DNA from: Octopus bimaculoides
Lineage: Eukaryota
Assembly (NCBI RefSeq): GCF_001194135.2
Contig: NC_068998.1
Location: forward strand, 14,480,667 to 14,519,928
Direction: 5' to 3'
Length of the DNA: 39,262 nucleotides
Shown: positions 11,831 through 23,489 of the stretch, piece after piece
Numbering within the stretch: position 1 is the first letter of the stretch
Layout of the letters: every line of letters begins with the position of its first letter
Translations under genes and position numbers: made by a program
Notes under the pieces: generated by a model
Databases searched by the model: none
The model's input: the letters and a program-made list of their open reading frames with translations, nothing else
Told to the model about the DNA's origin: nothing

Positions 11831-12215
11831 CTCAAGAGTTCAGTATAGGTTTGTCATGATATATTATTTATCATAATACAGTAGTCTCTTTTGAAAATGC
11901 ACAGCAAAAGATCAAACCCTATATTTGATGAAAACCGTCAGATTGAAGGAGTGGTATTTATGGCTTTGTTAGCGAGGTCAATAGTAAATGCGTACCTAGA
12001 AATAGACCGTATTCAGTCTAAAATCGCAACTGCTTCACGAAATTGATTTATCAAAGCCAAAATCATTCTATATTAATGGGAAAATAACTTTAAAATTTAC
12101 GAGGCGATATTCATAAATTCAAAAGTTAAAGTAAATGAGAAGTGGTTTTGTTGGCAGACATTGTTTCTCTTACAAATTTTTGAGGTGATAAGGTCACAAT
12201 ATTTGAAAGAATATT

Positions 12216-12216
<1 letters not shown>

Positions 12217-12255
<39 letters not shown>

Positions 12256-12265
12256 NNNNNNNNNN

Positions 12266-12306
<41 letters not shown>

Positions 12307-12340
12307 TATATAGTTATATGTATATATGTATGTATATATA
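12217..12340. repeat. (TA)n tract with 10-N gap (12256-12265)
   Basis: Both sides of the gap read gtgtgtgtatatata..., suggesting overlapping contig ends. Confidence 0.9.
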
Positions 12341-13320
12341 TCAGAACACTCTTCTCAAACAACGTGAACCAAGGACCTCCGAACGAGGAAGTATATGGGA
12401 TTAATACACTAACAACATACCAAATAACACACCACATAGCACCACGATGGAACAAATCACTCAGAGATAGAAAGTTCGCCATTTGGAAGATGATCCACAA
12501 CAACTACAAAGCGAATATATACGAAAAGTGGCTTAGTCGGACAGTGTTAATTCTCTCCCGCAAACTACAGATCAAAGCCATTATAGATGAACCTGAGGCA
12601 CAAAGACGCCTTAGGGAAAGAATGGCACTGGAAAAAATGAAGATGGAAATAGAACTTCTAGAACTAAAGGCCCAGACGAATGATGATAAAGTAAAATCTA
12701 TTGATGAAGAGATGAAATAAGAAATTAACAAAACGACACAAGACTCTGACCTAGAGAAGATCTCCAAATTATGGAAAGAAGATTGTGAAAAAAAAAAGAA
12801 CTGAAATCCCTCCAACGCTTGGAAAAAAACGCCACTTGTTTCTCAAACTACGAAGCTACCTTTCTCATAGAATACGCTTCCAACAACCCCTTTTTGAAAA
12901 TAAGAAAATCAAAGCAAAACTCAAACACAGGTTCACATCTATCTAAAAAAACGGAACCCCCCCCCCTATCAGAAAAATAATACAGGATCTAATCCTAACT
13001 TCATAACCCGCCAGCGAAACTACATCGGGTGTACCCCAACATCAAACAGACAAATAAGAAACTACTACTCGCATGATAGACATTACAACCTCCCCTTAAG
13101 AGGAGATACCAACATAATTTTTATCCTAACGATCCACTTAATAACCACGCGCAACAAACCCATACTACACGAATTAATTGCCAACGACGACCTACCAAAT
13201 CACCACATCCAAACATGAGACATAGGGACACACTTTTCAATCACCATCCCACATCGAACATGGGATATAGAGACACACTTTTCCATCCCCATCCAATATT
13301 CCCCTTCATCAGTTGTCCCG
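12340..13320 (+). pseudogene. Decayed long ORF with coiled-coil N-terminal domain, probably retroelement (Penelope-like or LINE ORF1)
   Basis: Reads APRWNKSLRDRKFAIWKMIHNNYKANIYEKW..LSRKLQIK..DEPEAQRRLRERMALEKMKMEIELLELKAQ..KSIDEEMK* EINK..KLWKEDCEKK. It continues through frameshifts at the A-run (~12790) and C-run (~12960) into an N/R/H-rich tail. The family assignment is from memory and context only. Confidence 0.55.
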
Positions 13321-13360
13321 CGGAGTAGATGGACAGGGTCAACTGATGAAGTGGAATATT
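13295..13360. repeat. Inverted repeat / hairpin, 25-bp arms, 16-nt loop
   Basis: Arms aatattccccttcatcagttgtccc (13295-13319) and gggtcaactgatgaagtggaatatt (13336-13360); two mismatches. Confidence 0.95.
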
Positions 13361-13710
13361 CTTTATGTTGCATGTCTCGTTTCTCTGTTTTCTTCGTTGT
13401 TCGAAAAAAAGTTTATCTTCAAAAAGATGCTTGTCACTTGTTTGCTGAGATTTGTAAATGTGTCGTCCATGTACTATATGCCGCAACATTAATAAATTGA
13501 ATGGATTTCTTACTTTATGTGGTTTCCTGTCAGAAAAAAAATGTAGGATTGGATGTAAATGCTGTATTGATATTTTCTCTCTATTTCGTTGCCTGATGTT
13601 TTGTCTAATCTTTAGCGTGAGTAGAAATTTTATTTCGAGTTCGATTATTTAGATGTGACAAAGACAACTCTTAATGCATTCTATCTACATAGCTTGACCG
13701 AATTCTAGTT
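13361..13710 (-). mobile_element. Possible Penelope-like element 3' end (GIY-YIG C-terminus plus UTR)
   Basis: Minus frames give IRSS..RM..LSLSHLNN and QRNREKISIQHLHPILH, loosely like the PLE C-terminus IRDP..R.IPLS.HLD...R..KE..FI....P.LN. The match is weak. Confidence 0.35.
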
Positions 13711-15319
13711 TTTAGAATACACATCTATGCATTATTTGCTATCACTGTTGACGCTATACACACGACATTTAAATATCACTTTCAATCGGTTTCAGCAGTT
13801 TTATGAGAGTTCATTTGATTATCAGAGTAGTTGCCATTGTTGTTTACTACCACATCAGCTCTAATCGAGAACTATGATCAAAGATCTGATCATCCTTACT
13901 TCATGTATATGATGGACTACACAGTTAATATATTGTTTAAAGCGGTAGTGGTGTGAAATCTGGAAGATTAAACGGCTACTGGCTACAGGGCGTGCTAAAG
14001 CGTCGTAAAGACTCCCTTGTTGACTCGTAAATTTAGTTTATAACAGCTTATATTGTTATTGATGTTCTTTGATTTGGAAAAAGACGTGGAATTTGGGTTA
14101 AATTAATATACATACATACATACATACACATATATATATATATATATATATTCGTGTCTACTAATTAGTTATGTGACTTGATGCATAAATGTACTGTGAT
14201 ATCGTGCAAGATTTAAAGAATAATCTCATGTTTTCTTTCTGTTCTTTTGTTTTTGAGAAGTGATTTAATAATAGTTTGATTACATTTATCTTCAAATATT
14301 CAGGTTTATATATTACTAGTAATATATGTTACAGTCGGTTTCGATAACTGATGATTAAGACCATATTCGGTGTTGGTGCAATAGATGTGTACGCGATGCA
14401 AGGTTTTGAACGTGTGTTTATTAGAAAGATACAAACTAAGACTATATAAAAAAAAATATTCTAGTAAGCAACAAAAATCATATTGAAAGTTACATGAATA
14501 GAGCAAATATTAAAGTTCAAACGTAAAGACAGGCGCTGGAGCAGTGGCAACGATTCAGGTGCTGCCATGTAGACTACGCATCTATCATCTGAATTAAATT
14601 GACTGAAAACTGACGTCCTCTGGCTCCAGGCACAACTGCAAAAGAATTACTATAGATTTTGAAAGAAAAAATAATAAAATACCGCATAATGAAACCTAAA
14701 CCACACGAATTGAATAGAAATTAAGTGAAGCTTTCTCAGAGATAAAAGATTGGTGGATAGTCAATATTTGCACTCATTTGAAATGTCTAATAAAAAAGTG
14801 AATTACTTAGAATCCGTCGAAAAATTGTGACGACGAACTGCTAAAATTGTAATAATATGATGTTCTTTCGAAACACCACATACACACATACAAATACATA
14901 GAAACTCACACATGCACATAAGCAAGTATATACAAACTCACAAATGCACGTAAACAAATATACACATTCACTCATACACATACATGGGTATAAACACGCG
15001 TATAACTCAGATGCACATAGAAACAGACATACACACGTATAAAATAATGATGTATCATTTTATACTATACACAACGGGCAGCCTGCGGTGTGTAACGGTA
15101 TCCAAGCTATGAAAATCATATTATAAATAGCATTATCAATAATTACACATAGAAGCGAAGGTTAAAACAAATAAAAATCTCGAACCGAGATACCTAATTG
15201 TTTCTCCAATCTCTGATGAAAATGTAAATGCCACCTATGTGTAGATGAAAATATTCCGTATGATGGAACATGTTATTAGGAGAATGAAAACCAGGGTAGC
15301 AAAATCAGAATAAAGAAAG

Positions 15320-15455
15320 TATGTTCCGCCGAGGTTAACTTTGCCTTTCATCCCTTTGGGATCGATAAAATAAGTTCCAGTTGAGGACTGGGGTCGATTC
15401 AATCGACTTATTCTACCGCCAAAATTAATGTCCTTGTGCCAAAATTTGAAACTTA
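15320..15455 (+). mobile_element. SINE family B, 5'-truncated
   Basis: ttccgccgaggttaactttgcctttcatccctttgggatcgataaaataagttccagttgaggactggggtcgattcaatcgact...cttgtgccaaaatttgaaac matches the reverse complement of 32880-33010. Confidence 0.88.
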
Positions 15456-15559
15456 CATTTAGGATAAGTAACTACCCGAATTTGAAACCAATATTAAACA
15501 TAATTAAGTAGTTACCTGAAAATATCCTCACAGTGTTAACTACCTATTTCGTGGCTTGA

Positions 15560-15845
15560 ATCTTATATAATACAATCCATAGTGAAAATAATTCTGAGGA
15601 GACGAATATAAGAAACTACACCTATCAATTGGTATATTCGTGCGCAATTGGAAAGAATGCGGGTAGTACGTTTACAGAACATGATAGTAGGATTATAGAA
15701 CATGACTCATCAGAATACAGCTTATAACTCTATTCTGTCAAAGTTTCAACAACCTATGAAAACAGACCTGACATAGTAATCTAGGATATAGAAAAGAAAG
15801 TATACACAGTTGTTGTAATCAGTTGCCCAACAGATTTTCCTCTTA
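15560..15845 (+). mobile_element. R4/Dong-type (restriction-like endonuclease) non-LTR retrotransposon C-terminal relic
   Basis: Frame from 15761: NRPDIVI*DIEKKVYTVVVISCPTD, the PD..(D/E) RLE motif NRPDIVIWD...C.IVEISCP.D with TGG mutated to TAG. The upstream boundary is approximate. Confidence 0.75.
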
Positions 15846-16991
15846 TTTGGGCTCGAAACAAATTTCACCGTTTGTAATTCTAAAAATTAAACCGAAGACG
15901 AAAATGCATACATACACATTAACCACCCCCTTACACACACACACACGCATGCGTACAATACTGCCTTGTTACTGGTGTAAGAATTCCAATAAAACAGGCT
16001 TGTGATAACGTAAAAAATTGTTTCTTTCTTCACTAGTAAGAATTTCCAAAATTTTAACCAGAAAAACATGTATACATGCATATGTAGAACGGAAAACGTG
16101 TGTATCAAATACTCCATGCACGCTACGTCCCTCAACGCCAAATGAAGATTTTGCCATTTCATAATGAGAAATCGATATATCAACTGAAACCCAATGGACT
16201 CTGCTCCAAGAAGACCACAGTTCAAACAGACTGAAATCGCTAAAACAATAAAAGAATATCTCACACAAACACACGCACACACACATACACATATATAAAT
16301 AGTGTGTGGGTGATGGTGAACGATTACATGTTTATGTGTATAGGAGTATGTATATTATATTGGTATAAATGCAATACAATATCTTTTTTGTCAATATCGT
16401 TTTGCAATATAATTCTTCCATTTAAGTCTGTTGCTCGTGGGAATGTTACCATCACACGCTTATGATATATGAATTGTTTAACTTCATAATATTGTAGAAA
16501 CCTTTGGATATGATATTACTTTTCATTGATTGTGCCGATTAATGACACGACTTTTGTACATAGTCGATTATTTAATGTGCCATAGGATATATAACATAGT
16601 CGTATGAAGCACATGTACACAGAAACGCCCACAGTAAAAACAAAACAAATACAAACACAAACGCACGCATATTGCTCAAGTGAAATGTCATGATGGTATT
16701 TGTCAGAGTCCCTGTTATCTGTTGAGGCATCATATTCTCCTGATTAAAAACTCCCTTAGAAGTTCTAAGATTGTACTACCCACGTTCAGCCTCATCCATT
16801 TTCTATATAGATTATGGAATGTATCTAAGTGATCTAAGATATATTTCCCCATCAGTGCACTACACTCTGAATGCATGTTTCATGTCTTTATTACTGGAAA
16901 AGATTTCTTCGGGGATAAAAATTTATTGCATCATTCTTTTGGATTTTTCCGTTATATTTATGTTCCACCTACGAGTGATATCAAAAGCTAT

Positions 16992-17179
16992 TACGAGGGC
17001 CTGTTGAAAACATGCTGGCTTTGAGTAAATGAAAATACAGGATTTTGTTCAAGATTCATACACTTATTGCAGCTCTCCTTCAGGTTTCCTAAGCCATGTA
17101 AAAGACTTCGGGAGATTGGGTTTCCAACCAGGACTTTCGCAATACCTTCAAGTCGGGAAATTTTTAGCACCCCTACGTA
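16992..17179 (-). mobile_element. Mariner-derived MITE, TA-flanked
   Basis: TA|cgagggcctgttgaaaacatgctggct ... gggaaatttttagcacccctacg|TA are degenerate TIRs. The interior is the reverse complement of 24479-24701. Confidence 0.85.
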
Positions 17180-18819
17180 TAAATTGGATCAACCGAAAGT
17201 GTAAATGCCATGAGTTCAATAAAACCAAAGGAGGTTAAAATTCTGTGAAACATCTCGAAATCCAGTGGTAAATACCCCATTTTTAGGTGACGTTGTGTAC
17301 TCTCATATATATGCGTGTGTGTATTCATGTATATGTGTATCTGGGCGTTTATGTACACTTCTGTGTTTATGAATCGAGTGAGTAGCTTTCCGTTGATACT
17401 TAGTGGTTCTCTCTACATATGAGTATTCATGCGGAGAAATTGTGAACGTAGTCTAAATTAGAGTACATAATGAGGTTCTCTCATGAGTAAAGCCCTGCGA
17501 TCTAACACTTGAATACACCCTATAGATATTTACATAAGAAGTAGATGCACGAATACGCGAAACATCTAAATTCGTATCAACGAACTAGTTTTCATTGATA
17601 GATTTCTATAAGCAAATGTGAACACACTTCTGGAGTATTTCAAAATTATGATTCATGGACATGGCTAGCATGATCAAGTTGTGGGATTAAGTGTATCTCT
17701 CAGCTATGAATGGTGTTTGAAAAAATGGCCCTGATCAATGTTTCTTCGTTAATTTACAGGATTACTGCTATCACAATATATACATAAAATTCAGCAAAAC
17801 ATTTCAACATTTGCAAAGTTTGAAAATGTCTAAAAAGAGAATATGTTCGATTTGCGAGTGTCTCGTAATAAAAATTGTCTATTGAGGAGCTGAAGCTGTT
17901 AGAACAAGACTGAGGTGCAATGAAGAACAAAAAAAAAAGACAGAAACGAAAAATATAAAACCTAGATGCATTCACTTTACTAGATAACCGTTTGGAGCTC
18001 AAAAAGGAAAGACTTCAAGTTTTTGTTACAACGATTCTAATGATGAACGTGAAAATTACAAGAGAAGTTCAGAATGAACATTGTATCGCTCAGTGTGATA
18101 ACACTAAGCGGTACAAAGAGATGGTGCACTATAAACTTCAAGAAACTTCTATTAAATGCATTTCTTCTCTCCAATAACTGCTACAGTAACTCATCTCTGC
18201 CATACATTAGTAAACATTTTATGTGATAAGTACGTGCCTGGGAAGGATATAACTCTATTGCTATAAACACTACAAATGATTATTTTTAATAAAGACATTC
18301 TATTCTATATATTTTTTAATTTTGTCATTTAATTCATAAAAGTAATTGTTTAGTTGCCTGCTAAATTTTCAGTGAGACATGTGTCAATTTACATTATGGA
18401 AATCAACGAAACTTCGTTACGGAATTCTACGTTACACCAAGATACTTAGTAGAACAATCTTTACATACACATACACACAGACATATAGATAGATACATTG
18501 GTATGTAGAAAGGAAGGTACATAGATAGAAAGACAGATAAAATAGGTAAGCAGATTGCTAGATAGATGAAATAAGTACGTAAATAGGTCGATAGATCAAA
18601 TAAATTGGTAGATAGATAGATAGATGTGCGTGGGTGTGTTTGTGCGTTTATCGTGTATATTCATTTGAAGATCATTTTCGATTAAACGTGGATATACTTC
18701 CCCTTATACAAAGCAAATTGAAATACTTCATTAAGAAAATAAAACGAGAGCAAAAAAATAGATACATCAACAGCAATAATTAATTAAATATTGACCCACA
18801 GCCAACAATTCTTTAGTGG

Positions 18820-19000
18820 GAATGACTCAGTCGATTACATCAACTCCAGTATTTGACTGTTACTTTATTTCTATCGACCCGCAGAGGATAAAAAGGGGGT
18901 GTTCGATCTCGGCAAGATTTGTATTCAAAATGTAAAATAGCCGAATAAAATATCGCAAGGCAAGCTTTTCCAACGCCATATCGGTTTTGTCAGCTCGCTG
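18820..19000 (-). mobile_element. Degenerate SINE family B copy
   Basis: gtcgattacatcaactccagtatttgactgttactttatttctatcgacccgcagaggataaaa...gatttgtattcaaaatgtaaa...gtcagctcgc parallels 32925-33085 and 39020-39186. Confidence 0.75.
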
Positions 19001-19014
19001 CACTACTATTGCTT

Positions 19015-19130
19015 ACCACCAAAACCACTACCACCACCACCACCACCACCACTACTACTGCTACTAATACTACTACTACTACTACTAATAATAATAATAA
19101 TAATAATAATGTTGCTGTTGTTGTTGTTAT
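19015..19130. repeat. Compound (CAC)(TAC)(TAA)(TTG) microsatellite
   Basis: Direct reading. Confidence 0.95.
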
Positions 19131-19599
19131 CATCTTATGATTTTTTTTCTCTTCACTAATAACTGTATTTTTTACACGTACATTCATACTTTCTGCTAGA
19201 ACAAATACGGCATAATGAATATTCCATTTACTTCTAATAACAGATATCCTTACAGATAATATCGCTTTCACTTTTGAGCCGCTTCACAAAGAATTTATGC
19301 AACTTTATATCAGCTAAATATCTACTTTGATTAGAGGGTTTCGCTGGAACAGAATTTAAATATTAACTGCAGGCTCTGCTATTTGTATTGAATCAAAATT
19401 TATTCAATTAATATTAATTCACTTTATTGGTTTCTTCTTATGTATAATATAGTGCTTGCTATGATAATATTTGTTTCAATTGAAGTGATATTAGACAAAT
19501 GTTTATTATGGAAAGAGTTTAATTTCGTAAGACATATAACTAGTATCAGGTGTCTTAGCCACAGGTCAAATTCTATTGATGCAAGAGTAATAATTCTAG

Positions 19600-19720
19600 G
19601 ATTCGTTGCAGCGTCGGGCAAAGGGTATCGCCTTATTTGTTCCGTGTCTTTACGCCCTGAATTAAAATTTCGCCAATGTCAAATTTTCTTTATCACCCCC
19701 GAAAATCCCAAGTTGCTGAG
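19600..19720 (+). mobile_element. Very degenerate SINE family B head
   Basis: gcgtcgggcaaagggtatcgccttatttgttccgtgtctttacgccctgaattaaaatttcgcc resembles the family B head. Confidence 0.45.
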
Positions 19721-20099
19721 TAAAGTTCCTGAAATGCTTCTATAGCCTTCAAACATAAACTGACAGTAGGCTTTACCAGCTTCTTTTGTGGTAATTATCC
19801 ACTAGTTACTGCTACGCTACGCATTCACTCTCGCTGGCTTAGCCACTACGATATTACTAGTGCACTGTAATTTCCAGCACGATCAGAAGTTTTGGTACTT
19901 TAGAATGAATGATCAATTGTTTTCGATAGATCGTTTTTTGGTACTACGAGCCATAAAAATTGCCTGTGTCTTCCTAAATCGACATACAGCTGCCATTCAG
20001 GGGCTGTGCAGAGAAGGTCCGCTCATGCTTTTAAAGGTGGAACTTCAGCAGTTTTACTTTTCATACTTTATATCTATCTATTTATCTATCTATCATTGC

Positions 20100-20182
20100 A
20101 CACTGACACGCGCGCACACACGCGCACACACAAACATAAAAATACACACATGCATACATATATCCTATGTATGTATGTATGA

Positions 20183-20264
<82 letters not shown>
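20100..20264. repeat. (CA)/(TA) microsatellite cluster
   Basis: Direct reading. Confidence 0.92.
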
Positions 20265-20266
<2 letters not shown>

Positions 20267-20334
20267 TCTTTTACTCTTTTATTTGTTTCAGTCATTTGAC
20301 TGCGGCCATGCTGGAGCACCGCCTTTTGTCGAGC
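20265..20334 (-). mobile_element. SINE family A 3' tail running into gap 20335-20599
   Basis: cttttactcttttatttgtttcagtcatttgactgcggccatgctggagcaccgccttttgtcgagc; (CA)n resumes after the gap, as expected for the internal microsatellite. Confidence 0.9.
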
Positions 20335-20599
20335 NNNNNNNNNNNNNNNNNNNNNNNNNNNNNNNNNNNNNNNNNNNNNNNNNNNNNNNNNNNNNNNNNN
20401 NNNNNNNNNNNNNNNNNNNNNNNNNNNNNNNNNNNNNNNNNNNNNNNNNNNNNNNNNNNNNNNNNNNNNNNNNNNNNNNNNNNNNNNNNNNNNNNNNNNN
20501 NNNNNNNNNNNNNNNNNNNNNNNNNNNNNNNNNNNNNNNNNNNNNNNNNNNNNNNNNNNNNNNNNNNNNNNNNNNNNNNNNNNNNNNNNNNNNNNNNNN

Positions 20600-20649
<50 letters not shown>

Positions 20650-22109
20650 GTAATATAGAAAAGCGTCTGTGGGACTGAAACGTTAGCGTGCCGTATTTTG
20701 TTTCTTTTCTTTTTATCGTCTGGAATGTCATCAAGTTCTGCCATGATCGCTCAACCTGGAAGCGAGAAAATATGTGCCAATTATGTAGCGTGTATGATTC
20801 AACCAACTCGATTTATATACTAGTCAGTGGATATTTTGTGCCTCACATATGATTCAATATATTTCACTTAGACAAGAATTACTTTTGGGTGCGAATAGTA
20901 TTATATTGATGATTTATCAAAATGTTAATTTAAACGTTTAATTGAAAATTTCAAGAGAAGCGCCATAACCAATACTTACTGTTTTTGTAGACCAGTCAAT
21001 TAGAGTCACTACTGTATTGCGTTTTCAGGCAATAATAAATGTTCACGTGATATCTCTTTATTGAAGTGTGTTCGTTTTTATTGCAAACACTTGCTCAACA
21101 TTTTTCACTACCATTATAAGTCTTCTTAATCAGTTCTATTTAATAATACACGTTTCAAAACGCTGTTTTTCTAGCCTAAAACTAAAATTTTTTTGGTTGA
21201 TTCTATATTGCATATTCAACACTATATTATGCGCCAGTATAACGGGACCGAGCCAGTAACAATCTCACAATTTCACATGCTAATTATCTGTCCAACTGAA
21301 GGCATCGAAGTATTACAAGCTTGCCTGTTTAAGAAGAAAAAAAAAGTTGTTATAAATAATAATTATAAATAGACCAAAGAGTAATTTCTCAATAATTAGC
21401 TATTTACGTTTAGTTGTATTTTCTAATAATAAATTGAACGATCTCGCATTATCGGGATATTCACAACCACAACGTATTTAGATGTTGTTTAAACATACAA
21501 TAAATAGAAAGATGTATATGTCATCAAACTGAATTGAGCAGCATACCATTAGTTCCTTTTAATTAATTTGATTGTTGCTTACATCAATATTAGTTCAATA
21601 TGACGTGAAAGATACTAAAATACAATCCGGCCAATGACCACAATTCTCTTGAACATTGCCTATATATTTTTATAGACTACATTATGCAATATATTCTTTT
21701 ATTATAAGACAGCAGAGTATAATTTCTGGAAGATTTGACTGGTGTTTCCACCAACTCAGACGCTCAAAATAATTTCTTGAGATATTTTTTCCCTGATTCG
21801 ATTTTCTTTTTATTAATTTATTCGTAGTTGGTAGTCCATATCGATTACATTTACCTGTTATTCTTGAGTTGTGAGGTCTTTGCAATTTTCGCTAGTAGCG
21901 ATAACATGAACAAAGTAGTGTTTTGAGAAACTATATTCGATATATACACGATAATAGTGTTTAGGAAGCCTTTTTTTTTTTCTGCCGAGTACTTATATGC
22001 TCCTTTATTAGACTATTTTTCTTAATCACTGCACGCTGATCGCCATAAGGTTTAAGCTTATATATATATCTATGTATGTATATATATTTATATGATATAT
22101 AACTATATA

Positions 22110-22315
22110 TATTCTTTTTTATTATTTAACTTGCTTCCGTCTTTTCACTGCGATCATGCTGGGGCACCAGCTTTAGTCGAAAGAATCGGCCCAGGACTAA
22201 CTCCTTGTAAGCCTTGTATTTATTTTATTGATCACTTTCTCGAACCTCTAAGTTACGGGAACATAAACACACCAACATCTGTTGTCAAGCAATGGTGGGC
22301 GGACAAACACAGAAG
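22110..22315 (-). mobile_element. SINE family A, 3' half only
   Basis: cactgcgatcatgctggggcaccagctttagtcgaaagaatcggcccaggac...aagttacgggaacataaacacaccaacatctgttgtcaagc matches 35390-35570. Confidence 0.87.
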
Positions 22316-22329
22316 TTGACAAGATCTAG

Positions 22330-22745
22330 TTGGGACTTCTGCCTATGGCCTCTGCTTTCAAACTTACATTCCTTGAGTTTAGAAATAAAATACCTTTCGT
22401 TGACCACAATGTCAACGAACGTTGTCGCCAACTCTGCCATCATGTTTCATGCAGTATTACGTCCCTAAGCGTACATGAAAATACCACATATTACCCTCAA
22501 GCAGTATGGAGATCGTTCTCATTCGTCCTCGACCAGATCAAGCTGGAACACTTTTCCGCTGCCTCTGATATAGCCTTTAGGGCTTTGATCCTGTTTCTCC
22601 CGGATATGGAAAGTTATTTCGTGTGATTGTAAGCAGATTTGTCCACAAAACACCTGGGTCGAACCATTATGTCATGAACTTTGACTCGGATGTTGGCTTC
22701 CATCAGGCTGTTGGCCAATCTGGCGTATTTTTCGTGTGCTTCTAT
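22330..22745 (-). mobile_element. Hero-like (R2 superfamily, RLE) LINE 3' end: C-terminus 22742-22497 plus 3' UTR
   Basis: Minus frame EAHEKYARLANSLMEANIRVKVHDIMVRPRCFVDKSAYNHTK*LSISGRNRIKALKAISEAAEKCSSLIWSR matches the Hero-type tail EAHE.K..KY..L...VEVG.RGF......L.I.G..R...SEAAE.AS.W.W. Confidence 0.8.
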
Positions 22746-22949
22746 TTTACTTTCAAATGTATTTCAATCAACGAAATATATTTGAATCTCATCTAAATTA
22801 CATGAAAGTAGTAAGTATATTTAATAATCTTAGACAGCTCAATCACTCAACAAATAACATTAATAGTGTTCCAAATACTAACAACTGAAACGAATGAAAT
22901 CTCTTATAGATCCTGTCAAGAGGAATTGAGATAAATGTCGGAATGCCCA

Positions 22950-23488
22950 AAAGTAATAAATTATCATTTCATCAATTATCAATGTAATAAATCGATATTG
23001 TGGCAAAAGGACTAAAATGTATCCCAATTCACCGGAGACCTAATTACAACGAAATTAAAGAAGATATTTTAGAATTTTATTAAAAATCATGACTCCCAGA
23101 AGAATTATTTGTTAAGAATAACGATGATGATATGCTTGTTCGGAATAAAAGCAATTATTGTTTACCTAAAGATAGGAATAAATCACTTAGGATTTCCGCT
23201 ACTACAATTTGAATTTTCCATATATCATAGATATTTAAAAAAAATTAACTAAAAATCAGCAATATTGAATAGGAAAACTTAATTCAATAGAAAAATCATA
23301 GCGGATTAACAATTAGAGCAATTAAAGGAGCAGATGAAAGCAGTCCATTGATAGCGATAGATGCTGAATATTATTGAAAGCTTGTTTTATCCATCGATAA
23401 AAGACGATATGTATTAAGAAATACAATGAATACAAACTGATATAAAATCATACGTGTTGAACTTACACTGAAAATGATTACTTGACTA
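22950..23488 (+). mobile_element. Penelope-like element relic, pre-RT/N-terminal RT region
   Basis: VAKGLKCIP..RPNYNEIKEDILEFY*K..LPEE..DDMLVRNKSNYCLPKDRNKSL, then IKGADES..IAIDAEYY, then E.N.DYLT. These are PLE motifs KGLKF.P.P, LVRNKS, IK.ADKG...MD..YY and DYLT. Confidence 0.85.
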
Positions 23489-23489
23489 C

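Noticed and set aside
11340-11876. His-rich and Thr/Val-rich ORFs
   Set aside because: Trinucleotide low-complexity sequence open in several frames on both strands.
13295-13420. Canonical hammerhead ribozyme around CTGATGA
   Set aside because: On neither strand could I close stem II with a nearby GAAA or place an NUH cleavage triplet directly before stem I; kept only as a hairpin.
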